Below are positions 25,113-34,344 of a DNA stretch of 43,404 nt, piece after piece. The notes beneath the pieces are model-generated. The model was not told where the DNA came from. It did not search any database and was given only the letters and a program-made list of their open reading frames with translations. Both the position numbers and the translations under genes were made by a program. The first letter of the stretch is position 1, and every line of letters begins with the position of its first letter. The stretch comes from Clostridia bacterium. Lineage in GTDB: Bacteria; Bacillota; Clostridia; UMGS1883; UMGS1540. The stretch is from the NCBI GenBank assembly GCA_045578225.1, contig JAZNJV010000022.1:1-43404 (forward strand), read 5' to 3'.

Positions 25113-25730
25113 TTACGGTTGTTTTTTTTGTACAGAGAGGCCGCTGTCTTTTTGGTACGTTGCCAAAAAGACGTCCGACGGGCGCGTCCTTCCCAGCATT
25201 TTCGAAAGGGCCGCGCGGGATACGCCGCTCTTTTTGAGGTTTTCGTCGATAATGCGCCCGTCACTTATGAGGGTATAGGGGATTTGCGTGTTTTTCGGGA
25301 AGGCGCTGATGCTGCCGTCTGTTTCGAGGATGGCAATTTCCACCTCGTCCACACTCCCGATGTCCTTTTTTCGAAGCTCGTCCTCTATATCATCAATATT
25401 CACACGAAGGCGGCGCATCTCGCTCTCATCCAAAACGCCACCGCGAATTAAAATGGCGGGGCGGCCCAGGAGAAAGGCGCGCGCACGCTTACTTTTAAGG
25501 CTTAAATAGGAGAGAAGCACCTCCAAAATCACAAGCGCCGCAATCGGCACAAGACCCGCGAGGAGCGGAATGCCCGTCTCCTGCATGGGGACGGCGGCAA
25601 GGTCCGAAAGCATCAGCGTTACCACAAGCTCAAACGGCTGCAGCTCTCCGATTTGCCGTTTGCCCATAATCCGCATGGCTAAAATCACGGCGAAATATAA
25701 AATAACAGTCCTTGCAAAGGATATAATCAT
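25113..25730 (-). CDS. DUF421 (YetF/YdfS-like) membrane protein
   Basis: 205 aa with N-terminal TM helices and RIMGKRQIGELQPFELVVTLMLSDLAA, then the soluble domain. Confidence 0.8.
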   Translation of the reverse strand: MIISFARTVILYFAVILAMRIMGKRQIGELQPFELVVTLMLSDLAAVPMQETGIPLLAGLVPIAALVILEVLLSYLSLKSKRARAFLLGRPAILIRGGVLDESEMRRLRVNIDDIEDELRKKDIGSVDEVEIAILETDGSISAFPKNTQIPYTLISDGRIIDENLKKSGVSRAALSKMLGRTRPSDVFLATYQKDSGLSVQKKQP

Positions 25731-25756
25731 GCGCGTGCTCCTTTAGAAGAAATTTC

Positions 25757-25785
25757 TTGCTTTCCGCACCCTTTTTGTGTATACT
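25757..25785 (+). promoter_or_regulatory. Candidate recG promoter
   Basis: TTGCTT, a 17-nt spacer, then TATACT. Confidence 0.5.
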
Positions 25786-25829
25786 GAAAAGAGGAAGTTT
25801 TTCATAGTATGTGCGAAAAACGGAGAAAT

Positions 25830-27878
25830 ATGCCTTATAAAATTTTTAGAAAGGAAGGGAGTGCGGTGCTTCGGTTAGAAGACGGCCTTGAGAAAATCTC
25901 GGGCATCGGCCCAAAGAAAAAAGAACAGCTTGCTTCTATCGGCCTTTTCACGGTGCGCGATGCGCTTTTCCACGCGCCGATTCGGTATGAAGACAGGCGC
26001 GCGCGCAAAGAAATTGCCGCGCTTTCTGACGGGGAACGCACAGCGTGCCATGTGGTCGCGCGCGGCCGCGCCGCATTGCGGCGGGAAGGCGGCAAAACGC
26101 TTTACTTCCAAACGTTTTGTGACGGCACGGGCGAAATTACCGCCGTATGGCAAAATTCGCCGCATATTCTGCGCACGTTTTGCCACGGGGAAAGCTACGT
26201 TCTCTACGGGCGCGCCTTTGTGCGCGGGCGAGCGAAGCGCATGTTCTCGCCGCTTTTTGCCAAAAGCGAGGAGGCGGAGAAAAAAATCGGCGGCATTGTG
26301 CCGATTTACCCCACGGGCGCGGATGTTTCCCAAACGCTTCTTCGTACAGTCATCGGCGCTTCTCTTTCCGCGGCCGATGCCCTTCCCGATATTTTGCCGA
26401 GCGCAGTTCTTCGAAAGGCGCGCGTTTTGCCGCTTTCGGAAGCGATTCGAAAGCTCCATGCGCCGTTTACCATGGCCGAGGCCGAGGAAGCGCGCACGCG
26501 CCTTAAATTTGAAGAATTATTTTTACTTTTTACGGGGATGCATAGAGAGAGGGAGAACCTTTCAAAACGCGAAGGCCGAAAGCTTTCGGCGGACCTTGCG
26601 CCCTTTTTCGCCGCCCTTCCGTTTACGCTGACCTTGGGGCAGCAAAATGCCATAGAGGATATACGGCGCGACATGGCTTCCGGCCGCGTTATGAACCGCC
26701 TTATCGAGGGCGATGTGGGCAGCGGCAAAACGGCCGTGGCCGCCGCGGCTTTATATATCGCCTTTAAAGAAGGGGGACAAGGCATTTTAATGGCGCCCAC
26801 CGAAATTTTGGCGCGCCAGCATGCCGCCTCGCTCCGCACGCTTTTGCCCGATGTGCCCGTTGTGCTTTTAACGGGGCGCCTTACGGCAAAAGAAAAACGC
26901 GCCGCGCTTTCTACAATCGAAAGCGGCAAGGCATGCGCGATTGTAGCGACGCAGGCCGTGTTAAATCCTGATCTTGCACTTGCAAACATTTCACTTGTCA
27001 TTGTGGACGAGCAGCACCGCTTCGGCGTTCGCCAGCGCGGCTTTTTGTCGAACCTCGCATCCTCGCCGCACGTGCTTGTTATGAGCGCCACCCCCATTCC
27101 GAGAACGCTTTCGCTCACATTCTACGGGGATTTGGATATTTCCATTCTTCCTGCACGCCCGGAGGGGCGCGAGAAGGTGGATACCTTTGTAGTGCCCCCG
27201 TCTTACCGCGAGCGGCTGTACGCGTTTATTAAAAAAGAACTTGTAAAGGGCAACCGCGCGTACATCATCTGCCCCCGTGCCGAGGAAGGCGACGGCGAGA
27301 TTTCCGACGCCGAGAGCTACGCGGCGTCTCTCTCTCCCTATTTTGAAAAGGACGAGGTTTTGTGCCTTCACGGCAAAATGAAAAATAAAGACGAAATTAT
27401 GGAAAAATTTGCGGCGGGGCCGCCGTCCGTTCTCGTGGCCACCACGGTGGTAGAGGTAGGGGTAGACGTGGGAACGGCCACGGTCATCGTGATTGAAAAC
27501 GCCGAGCGCTTCGGCCTTTCGCAGCTCCACGAGCTGCGCGGGAGCGTGGGGCGCGGCACGGAAAAATCGTACTGCGTGCTCGTTTCGGAGGCGGAAAATG
27601 AAGTATCCCGCCAAAGACTGGCCATTATGAAAAATGAAAATGACGGCTTTCGCATTGCCGAGGAAGACCTTCGTCTTCGCGGCGCAGGCGAATTTTTCGG
27701 CACGCGGCAGCATGGAAATTTGCAGCTACTCTACGCGGATTTATGGGAGGACAGCCGCCTTTTCCCCGTAGCCTCGGCCGCGGCCGCCGCACTTTTAAAA
27801 GAGGACGGAAATCTTTCAAAGCACCCCGAAATTCAAAAAGCGGTAGAAGCCTTATATCAGCGGTTTGCCATGAACTAG
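25830..27878 (+). CDS. recG: ATP-dependent DNA helicase RecG
   Basis: Start at ATG 25830 (GGAG 6 nt upstream). Walker A GDVGSGKT, the DEQHRFG box and helicase C motifs are present. Confidence 0.92.
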   Translation: MPYKIFRKEGSAVLRLEDGLEKISGIGPKKKEQLASIGLFTVRDALFHAPIRYEDRRARKEIAALSDGERTACHVVARGRAALRREGGKTLYFQTFCDGTGEITAVWQNSPHILRTFCHGESYVLYGRAFVRGRAKRMFSPLFAKSEEAEKKIGGIVPIYPTGADVSQTLLRTVIGASLSAADALPDILPSAVLRKARVLPLSEAIRKLHAPFTMAEAEEARTRLKFEELFLLFTGMHRERENLSKREGRKLSADLAPFFAALPFTLTLGQQNAIEDIRRDMASGRVMNRLIEGDVGSGKTAVAAAALYIAFKEGGQGILMAPTEILARQHAASLRTLLPDVPVVLLTGRLTAKEKRAALSTIESGKACAIVATQAVLNPDLALANISLVIVDEQHRFGVRQRGFLSNLASSPHVLVMSATPIPRTLSLTFYGDLDISILPARPEGREKVDTFVVPPSYRERLYAFIKKELVKGNRAYIICPRAEEGDGEISDAESYAASLSPYFEKDEVLCLHGKMKNKDEIMEKFAAGPPSVLVATTVVEVGVDVGTATVIVIENAERFGLSQLHELRGSVGRGTEKSYCVLVSEAENEVSRQRLAIMKNENDGFRIAEEDLRLRGAGEFFGTRQHGNLQLLYADLWEDSRLFPVASAAAAALLKEDGNLSKHPEIQKAVEALYQRFAMN

Positions 27879-27890
27879 AAAGGAAGAGCC

Positions 27891-29414
27891 ATGCGAGAAA
27901 AAACGTATAAAAAAATATTCGGGCGAAGCCTTATTGTAGCCGTTTGTATCCTTCTGCAGCTTTTGTGCCTCGTTTTGCTCATTCAAAGCGGCATACGGCG
28001 CTATGCCTTTTTGGCGCCGATGCTCGGCATTATAAGCGCCATGGCCGCGCTCTACATCATAAACCGCACCGATACGGCAGGCTATAAGCTTATTTGGACG
28101 GTGCTCATCCTCATTTTCCCGATTTTCGGCGGGCTGTTTTATGTGATGTATCGCCTCCAGGCTTCAAACGAACGGCTTCTGCGCCCGTCGAAGAAAACGA
28201 AAAGTGCGTACCTTCTGCCGGGCGATGCCCTTTCCGAGGCGGCCAGAGAGATGCCGCGGATGGAAACGTCCATGGCGTCGCTTCAAAATTTTTCGGGGTA
28301 CCCTGTATACGACCGCACAAAGACCACGTATTTCCCGAGCGGCGAGGAAAAATTTACCGCGCTTTTAGATGACCTTCGTGCCGCACAAAACTATATTTTT
28401 CTCGAATATTTCATAATAAAGCGCGGAAAAATGTGGCAAAGCATTTTGGACACTTTGTATGCGCGCGCGGCGCGCGGCGTCGAGGTGCGCCTTATGTTTG
28501 ACGATATGGGGTCTTTAAACCTTCTTTCCCAAAAAGAAAAAGCGGAGATGGGTGCACGCGGCATAAAGTGCGTAGTGTTTAACCCCTTCCGCCCGTTTTT
28601 ATCGGTGGTACAAAATAACCGCGACCATAGAAAAATCGCGGTAATTGACGGCAAGGTCGCCTACACGGGCGGCGTAAACATTGCCGACGAATATATAAAT
28701 CTTATAAACCGTTTCGGCACTTGGCGCGATGCCGCCCTTCGCATGGAAGGCGCCGCCGCGTGGAGTATGACGGTGATGTTCCTCGAAATGTGGGGCACGG
28801 CCACAAAAAGCGAAGAGGATATTTCGCGGTATTATCCGTATAAAAAGACGCCCCTCACCGTGCCTTCCGACGGGTACGTCCAGCCGTATGCCGACAGTCC
28901 TTTAGATGCCGACCACGTGGGCGAGCGTGCGTATATGCAAATGATTACGGGCGCGAGACGGTATTTGTATATCAGCACGCCGTACCTTATTTTGGATGAT
29001 CACATGCTCGCCGCCCTTCGCACCGCCGTGCAAAGCGGGGTGGACGTGCGGATTCTCACGCCCGAGCGGTGGGATAAGCGGCTTGTGCATCTTACCACGC
29101 GCTCGTATTACAATGCGCTTTTATCCTACGGCGTGAAAATTTACGAATACACGGGCGGCTTCAACCACGCCAAAACCTTCGTGTCGGACGATGTGGTGGC
29201 GGCGGTCGGCACCGTAAACCTCGACTACAGAAGTCTCTATCTTCATTTTGAATGCGGCGTAAAGCTGTACGGCACCGAGTCCGTCATGGCCGTGCGGCAG
29301 GATTTTCTCCACACGATATCGAAAAGCCGCGAAATTACGGAAAAGGATATAAAGCGGGGCGCTATTACGAAAATTGCGCAGAGCATTTTGCGCCTTTTTG
29401 CACCGCTTATGTAA
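27891..29414 (+). CDS. cls: Cardiolipin synthase (PLD superfamily)
   Basis: 507 aa with N-terminal TM helices and two HKD motifs (HRKIAVIDGKVAYTGGVNI and NHAKTFVSDDVVAAVGTVNLD). Confidence 0.9.
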   Translation: MREKTYKKIFGRSLIVAVCILLQLLCLVLLIQSGIRRYAFLAPMLGIISAMAALYIINRTDTAGYKLIWTVLILIFPIFGGLFYVMYRLQASNERLLRPSKKTKSAYLLPGDALSEAAREMPRMETSMASLQNFSGYPVYDRTKTTYFPSGEEKFTALLDDLRAAQNYIFLEYFIIKRGKMWQSILDTLYARAARGVEVRLMFDDMGSLNLLSQKEKAEMGARGIKCVVFNPFRPFLSVVQNNRDHRKIAVIDGKVAYTGGVNIADEYINLINRFGTWRDAALRMEGAAAWSMTVMFLEMWGTATKSEEDISRYYPYKKTPLTVPSDGYVQPYADSPLDADHVGERAYMQMITGARRYLYISTPYLILDDHMLAALRTAVQSGVDVRILTPERWDKRLVHLTTRSYYNALLSYGVKIYEYTGGFNHAKTFVSDDVVAAVGTVNLDYRSLYLHFECGVKLYGTESVMAVRQDFLHTISKSREITEKDIKRGAITKIAQSILRLFAPLM

Positions 29415-29426
29415 AGGGAGAAGAAA

Positions 29427-30560
29427 ATGGGAAAAGAAAAAAAGGCCGCATTTTATGCGGCGCTCGCGGTGTTTTGCCTTGGAATGCTGCTGGCCCTTTC
29501 AGGCGGCTTTCTCCTAAAGGCAAATCCGTATAATTCGTATGCGCTCGAGGCGGCGCGCTGGCTCGAAGGGCATTTAGACCTTGCCGAAAACTACGCCCAC
29601 CTTGAAATTGCGACGTATGGCGGCAGATTTTTCGTAAGCTTCCCGCCGTTTCCGGCGCTCGTTTTATTGCCGCTCGTACCGTTTTTCGGGGCAAACACGC
29701 CTGACGCACTTCTTTCCGTTTTGTTTGCGGCGGCAGGGGCGTATGCCGCGGTGCGCATAGCGTCTTCTTATGGAAAATCTCCGGAAGAAGCCTTTTTCTG
29801 GGGCATTTTTGTAACAGCAGGCGGCAATCTTTTGTCGCTTTTGTGTACGGGTTGGGTATGGTTCATTGCACAGACGATGGCGTTTTCCCTTCTCCTCTTC
29901 GCGCTGTATGCCGCAAGAAAAGGAAAAACGGCCGCGTCGCTCTTTTTTGCGGCGTGCGCCTTCGGGTGCCGCCCGTTTTCCGTACTCGCAGTGCCCGTTT
30001 TATTCTATCTTCTCCATACAAGCGGGCAGCGCGTTTCCAAGAAAACGCTTCTTCGCTTTTTGCCTGCGGCCGCACTTATTCTTTTTTATGCCGCTTTAAA
30101 TTTTCTGCGGTTTGGAAATCCCTTTGAGTTTGGGCACACGTATCTCCCCGAATTTCAGGCCGAGCCGCAATTTGGCCTTTCATATGTATTTGAAAACGCC
30201 AAAACGCTTTTCCGCCTTCCCCAAATTTCGGAAGGGCGCATTGTGTTTCCCGAATTTAACGGGTTTGCGTTCTTTCTCGCTTCGCCCCTTTTTCTGTCAT
30301 ACGCGCGCGCCTTTTGTATGCAAAAAAAGAAGGGCAAGGATTACATGATCCTCACCCTCCTTCTTCTCTGGCTCGTTCTTTTCTGCGCGCATCGCACGAT
30401 GGGCGGCTGGCACTTCGGCCACCGCTACACGGCAGATCTTCTGCCCCTTGCCTTCCTCGGCACCATGGAGCTGGGCGCCCGCGCCCGCGGCGCGACCGTG
30501 ATTTTGTGTATAGTAGGTATGGCACTGCACATGTACGGATGTATCACACAGTATATGTGA
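29427..30560 (+). CDS. Polytopic membrane protein, GT-C/ArnT-like glycosyltransferase fold (tentative)
   Basis: 377 aa and highly hydrophobic, with roughly 10 predicted TM segments. Its general resemblance to PMT_2-type proteins is judged by eye only. Confidence 0.45.
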   Translation: MGKEKKAAFYAALAVFCLGMLLALSGGFLLKANPYNSYALEAARWLEGHLDLAENYAHLEIATYGGRFFVSFPPFPALVLLPLVPFFGANTPDALLSVLFAAAGAYAAVRIASSYGKSPEEAFFWGIFVTAGGNLLSLLCTGWVWFIAQTMAFSLLLFALYAARKGKTAASLFFAACAFGCRPFSVLAVPVLFYLLHTSGQRVSKKTLLRFLPAAALILFYAALNFLRFGNPFEFGHTYLPEFQAEPQFGLSYVFENAKTLFRLPQISEGRIVFPEFNGFAFFLASPLFLSYARAFCMQKKKGKDYMILTLLLLWLVLFCAHRTMGGWHFGHRYTADLLPLAFLGTMELGARARGATVILCIVGMALHMYGCITQYM

Positions 30561-30625
30561 CACCCCGAAAAAAGACTTTGGCAAGAAATGCGGCCTTTTT
30601 AGGCTGCGCCTTCTGGAAATAACAA

Positions 30626-30650
30626 AGGGACACTCTAAAAGAGTGTCCCT
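30626..30650 (-). terminator. greA terminator
   Basis: The agggacactc / taaaa / gagtgtccct stem is followed on the minus strand by TTTGTTATTT. Confidence 0.7.
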
Positions 30651-30667
30651 ACATGTTTGCCTTTGTC

Positions 30668-31144
30668 TTATTTCCCGATAGAGAGTACCTTAAACTGCAG
30701 TTTCGCGCCCGACGGCACCAAAGCCTCCACCGTGTCGCCCACGTGTGCGCCGAGAAGCGCACGCCCTACGGGCGATTCGTCAGAAATGCGGTCACGCGAG
30801 GGGTCGGCCTCTGTCGAGCCTACGATGGTGTATTCCACCTCTTCGTCAAACTCCACATCCAGAACACGTACCTTTGTGCCTACATTTACTACGGTTGTAT
30901 CAATATTGTCTTCATCAATCAGCTTAATGTTCTTCAGTTTCTCTTCAAGCTCCACAATGCGGTTTTCCACCTGTGCCTGCTCGTTTTTCGCTTCGTCGTA
31001 TTCGCTGTTTTCCGAAAGGTCACCATACGCGCGAGCTTGCTTAATTTTTTCCGCAACCTCGTGGCGACGCACCGTTTTAAGGTTTTCGAGTTCTTCTTCG
31101 AGCTGACGAAGACCGTCCGCCGTCAGAATCGTAACTTTAGCCAT
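30668..31144 (-). CDS. greA: Transcription elongation factor GreA
   Basis: Start at [19 protein letters not shown]. The motifs [15 protein letters not shown] and a C-terminal FKBP-like domain are present. Confidence 0.92.
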   Translation of the reverse strand: MAKVTILTADGLRQLEEELENLKTVRRHEVAEKIKQARAYGDLSENSEYDEAKNEQAQVENRIVELEEKLKNIKLIDEDNIDTTVVNVGTKVRVLDVEFDEEVEYTIVGSTEADPSRDRISDESPVGRALLGAHVGDTVEALVPSGAKLQFKVLSIGK

Positions 31145-31191
31145 GAAAAATTCCACTCCTACTTTGTTATATTCCGGAAGTTCATTACTTA

Positions 31192-31220
31192 ATTATAGCA
31201 CATGCATATTGGGTTGTCAA
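31192..31220 (-). promoter_or_regulatory. Consensus sigma-A promoter of greA
   Basis: The minus strand reads TTGACA, a 17-nt spacer, then TGcTATAAT (perfect -35, -10 and extended -10). Confidence 0.7.
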
Positions 31221-31273
31221 GAGGTTTTATTGCTTTTATACGAAAAATTTTTGCAAAACCCGACATTATTTTA

Positions 31274-31918
31274 TTATTTTTTACAAAAAACGTCAGCATC
31301 CTCGTAGGAAAAGCCGAAAAAGGGCAAGAGCGCCGCGAGCGTCTTTAAGGAAGTACCCACGTGTGCGGTCACTTTTCGAAGGGCAGGCGGCGGTAAAACG
31401 GTGAGGACGCCCTCGGGGGCGCTAAGGTCCAGCCCCTCGCCGCCCAAAGCGCCCGGCAGATGCACCGAAAGGCCGTTTTCGGTTGGATGCGGCGCGGAAA
31501 CAATCGGCACCACCATGCCCGTCTCCGCTTCAATCGCGTCGGCAAGCGGCGAAAGGGAGGCGTCTCCCAAAAGCTCCAAAAACTGTACGCGCCGCGCCGC
31601 GCGAAGTACCGTTTCGAGAAGAACCCCCTCGCCGGGCGCAAGAGAAAGCTGTGTGACGTCGCTCGGCAAAAGCCGATCCCAAACGGCGTGCACCAGTTTT
31701 CGTACGTCGCTCTTTGGTACGGGCAGAGAAAACCGCTCGGCAAAAAAAGCATCTAGCGTATAGGCACCGGCAAGGTGCGGATAAAGGCGGCGGCGAAGGC
31801 GAAGCCTTGGAAAAGGGCCGCGCCGCACGCGGTAGTGTACATATAACGCTTCGCCCGAGCCGACGGGCTCTGCTTTCACAAAGTCCTCTGTATCGGGGAT
31901 AAAAATAGCCAGCCTCAT
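31274..31918 (-). CDS. Hypothetical protein (no recognisable domain)
   Basis: 214 aa with an RBS (GGGAGG) 7 nt before the ATG. GC-rich codon usage matches its neighbours. It lies downstream of the sipL-like gene on the same strand. Confidence 0.55.
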   Translation of the reverse strand: MRLAIFIPDTEDFVKAEPVGSGEALYVHYRVRRGPFPRLRLRRRLYPHLAGAYTLDAFFAERFSLPVPKSDVRKLVHAVWDRLLPSDVTQLSLAPGEGVLLETVLRAARRVQFLELLGDASLSPLADAIEAETGMVVPIVSAPHPTENGLSVHLPGALGGEGLDLSAPEGVLTVLPPPALRKVTAHVGTSLKTLAALLPFFGFSYEDADVFCKK

Positions 31919-32085
31919 GTTGTCGCCTCCCTACCGATGGCGCGTGCATGGAGGCTTTGTGTGAAATTTTTTACACGCGGACCGCGCGCGAGACCCAAGG
32001 GCCGCCGCCTTTCGGATTTTTCGTTTTCGGCAAAGAATTTCGAAAAAGGTTTCCACCTCGGAAAGGCAAACCCAAATTCGCCCCT

Positions 32086-33621
32086 TCACGGCACTAAAAG
32101 ACGCATACCGACGGAGAGCGGCGCGTGTTCATCCAGGCGATTTACCGCGGCGATTTTAGAGGCCGAGACGCCGTACTTTTTGCCGAGAGACCAAAGCGTA
32201 TCCCCCGGCGCCGTGAAGGCAATTACGATAGAGGGGCGCTTTTCCGCCTCCGCGTCCGCCATGCGTACCTCGGAAACGGTTTCCACGGTTTCCTCTTCGA
32301 TGAGAGAAAGGTCTACAGAAAGATTTATGCGCACATCCACGCTCCCCGAATCGGGCAGGGTGAAGCCGGCGTCGAGAAGCCGCACCCGCGCCGAAATTTC
32401 CGCACCGCGCGCCGCATCCGTATCTAAAGAGAGGGAGAAGGGCACGCGCTCTTTATAGACATAGGCGGAAGCTTCCCCGTCCGAAAGATATAAAAGGCGA
32501 ACGGCAATTTCCCCTTCCACTTCTGCCTTTTGGCCGTCGAGAGAGACGGAAGTGACTATCGGCGCGGCAAAAAGCGCGCAAACGGTAAAAATGGGCGGAT
32601 ATTCGGGCGGCAGCGTGAGCGTCTTTCTTGTGGTGACGCTTTCATTTCCCACCGCGCGCGTAGCCTTCATACGAAGCGGCGTTTTTACTACCTCGGTAGC
32701 GTATCCGGGGCAGTAGCAATCCTCTAAAATTTCAATTTCTTCGCTTTTTCGCGTACGGGCGCGAAATTCCATCGTAACCTCGGTACCAAAGCGGCGTCCG
32801 CCGTCCGTGTCGGCTTCAAAATAGATATCGTTGACGTCGTAATCGAGCGTGTAGGCCATGCCCTCCTCCGTACCCGGAAGGTCTAAAATTTCCGTAAACG
32901 GAATGGAGTGAAACATGGAAACAGGCGCGAGAGACGGGGTGTCGCCCGTGTAAAGCGTCATCAGGCGCACCACGCCTTTTATAATCATTTTCCCCGTTAC
33001 AAGGCGCACGTCCTCTTCTATAATGTGGGCATCTGTTTTGAGCACCGAAAGGATGGCCGGCTTCTCCGGCGGCACCTCCTCAGTGCAGGAGGCCGTCACG
33101 GTGAAGGTGCCGCCGCCCCCGTCGCTTTCGGCTACAATGCTTGTGCGGCGAACTTCCATGGGCGCGTCCGCCGTAACATCGGTCGAAAGCGCCGCCTCAC
33201 GCGGCCTTGTAAGTACAATAGAAAGCGCAACGGTCCCTTTCACGGAAAGCTTTCGCGAGTTTAAGAGAAGGCCCGAGGCGCCAAGCACTTCCGCGGAAGC
33301 GGAAATCTCTGCCCCGTCCGCCGGCGGACACCCGCAAACATCTTTAAAAGGAACTTCTACCGAAAGGCTTTCCACCATCGGCGTCCCCTCGCCGCCCTCG
33401 GGCACATACAAAACACAAAAGGAAACTGTGCCGCCGACTAAAATTCTGTCCCCTTGCGCGCGGCACGAGGTAATGCGCGCACGTGCGTCTACATCTAAAA
33501 TTTCGCCAATGTCAGGCATTGCATCGGGAACGATCGAGTCGCTCTCGGAAAGAAGCTCTGTCGTAAGGTGCGCGAGCGTGTCACGCGTAGACAGCGTTTC
33601 TTTTTGTACCATAAATTCCAT
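32086..33621 (-). CDS. sipL: SipL-like spore morphogenesis protein (DUF3794/SPOCS repeats + C-terminal LysM)
   Basis: 511 aa with repeated DUF3794-like segments (IVPDAMPDIGEILDVDARARI..., similar units recurring). The C-terminal LysM is YTV-type (FTAPGDTLWSLGKKYGVSASKIAAVNRL). Size and architecture match C. difficile SipL. Confidence 0.65.
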   Translation of the reverse strand: MEFMVQKETLSTRDTLAHLTTELLSESDSIVPDAMPDIGEILDVDARARITSCRAQGDRILVGGTVSFCVLYVPEGGEGTPMVESLSVEVPFKDVCGCPPADGAEISASAEVLGASGLLLNSRKLSVKGTVALSIVLTRPREAALSTDVTADAPMEVRRTSIVAESDGGGGTFTVTASCTEEVPPEKPAILSVLKTDAHIIEEDVRLVTGKMIIKGVVRLMTLYTGDTPSLAPVSMFHSIPFTEILDLPGTEEGMAYTLDYDVNDIYFEADTDGGRRFGTEVTMEFRARTRKSEEIEILEDCYCPGYATEVVKTPLRMKATRAVGNESVTTRKTLTLPPEYPPIFTVCALFAAPIVTSVSLDGQKAEVEGEIAVRLLYLSDGEASAYVYKERVPFSLSLDTDAARGAEISARVRLLDAGFTLPDSGSVDVRINLSVDLSLIEEETVETVSEVRMADAEAEKRPSIVIAFTAPGDTLWSLGKKYGVSASKIAAVNRLDEHAPLSVGMRLLVP

Positions 33622-33652
33622 ACCGGTTCCTCCCTAAAGGTTTTTTGCTTTA

Positions 33653-33681
33653 TATATATGCCGCAAGCGGACGAAGTATGA
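33653..33681 (-). promoter_or_regulatory. Possible sigma-E-type (mother-cell) promoter of the sipL-like gene
   Basis: The minus strand reads TCATACT, a 14-nt spacer, then CATATATA. This resembles the sigma-E consensus (-35 ..CATAtT, -10 CATAcA.T). The match is by eye only. Confidence 0.3.
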
Positions 33682-33815
33682 AAAAAATGCCGAATTTAGA
33701 ATGTTATCCAAAAGATATTCGTACGTAACATATTTGTAATATGATGGGTGTATAATAAAAATGCAGAAAGAGAGGAAGGGTTTATCCCTTATAGATATTC
33801 GGAAGGATTTTGACC

Positions 33816-34292
33816 ATGAAAAAGAAAGCATTTTTAAGCATCCTCTGTGCAGCACTCTTAGCTTTCGGTATTACGGCACAGGCCGCACCGGAAACGATAG
33901 CGGCAAACGCCGGCAGTACTGCTTCGGGGCTCATGATTGTGAAGAAGCCGGAAACATCGGTTTCCTCCACCACAAAAAAGAAGTACACGCTCTCGGCCGT
34001 TGTGCGCCCGGGGGCAGAGGTTTCCCTCTATAGCTATGATGCGGCGGCAGGCGTATTCCGCCTTCGCAAAACCGCTGGCGGCGCACCCCTTTCGAAGGTT
34101 GTAAATGCAGGCGGCATATACCTGCAGGAAATCGACCTTGCAAAGGAAACGAACGCGCTGCTCCTTCGCGCAGAGCACGGCGAGGGGAATTACCAGCATG
34201 TACGGCTCGATATTACGCTTTTAGACCAGTCCCTTCTCGACAGTATTCGCGGTTTCGCCGCAAATTTCCGTTCGATTTTCGGCGGCTGGTAA
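33816..34292 (+). CDS. Secreted protein, unknown function
   Basis: Start at ATG 33816, 8 nt after GGAAGGA. The signal peptide is MKKKAFLSILCAALLAFGITAQA|AP. Confidence 0.6.
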   Translation: MKKKAFLSILCAALLAFGITAQAAPETIAANAGSTASGLMIVKKPETSVSSTTKKKYTLSAVVRPGAEVSLYSYDAAAGVFRLRKTAGGAPLSKVVNAGGIYLQEIDLAKETNALLLRAEHGEGNYQHVRLDITLLDQSLLDSIRGFAANFRSIFGGW

Positions 34293-34344
34293 GAAATACA
34301 GAAATGGATAGAGAAGGCCACGTGCCTTCTCTTTTGGAATTAAA

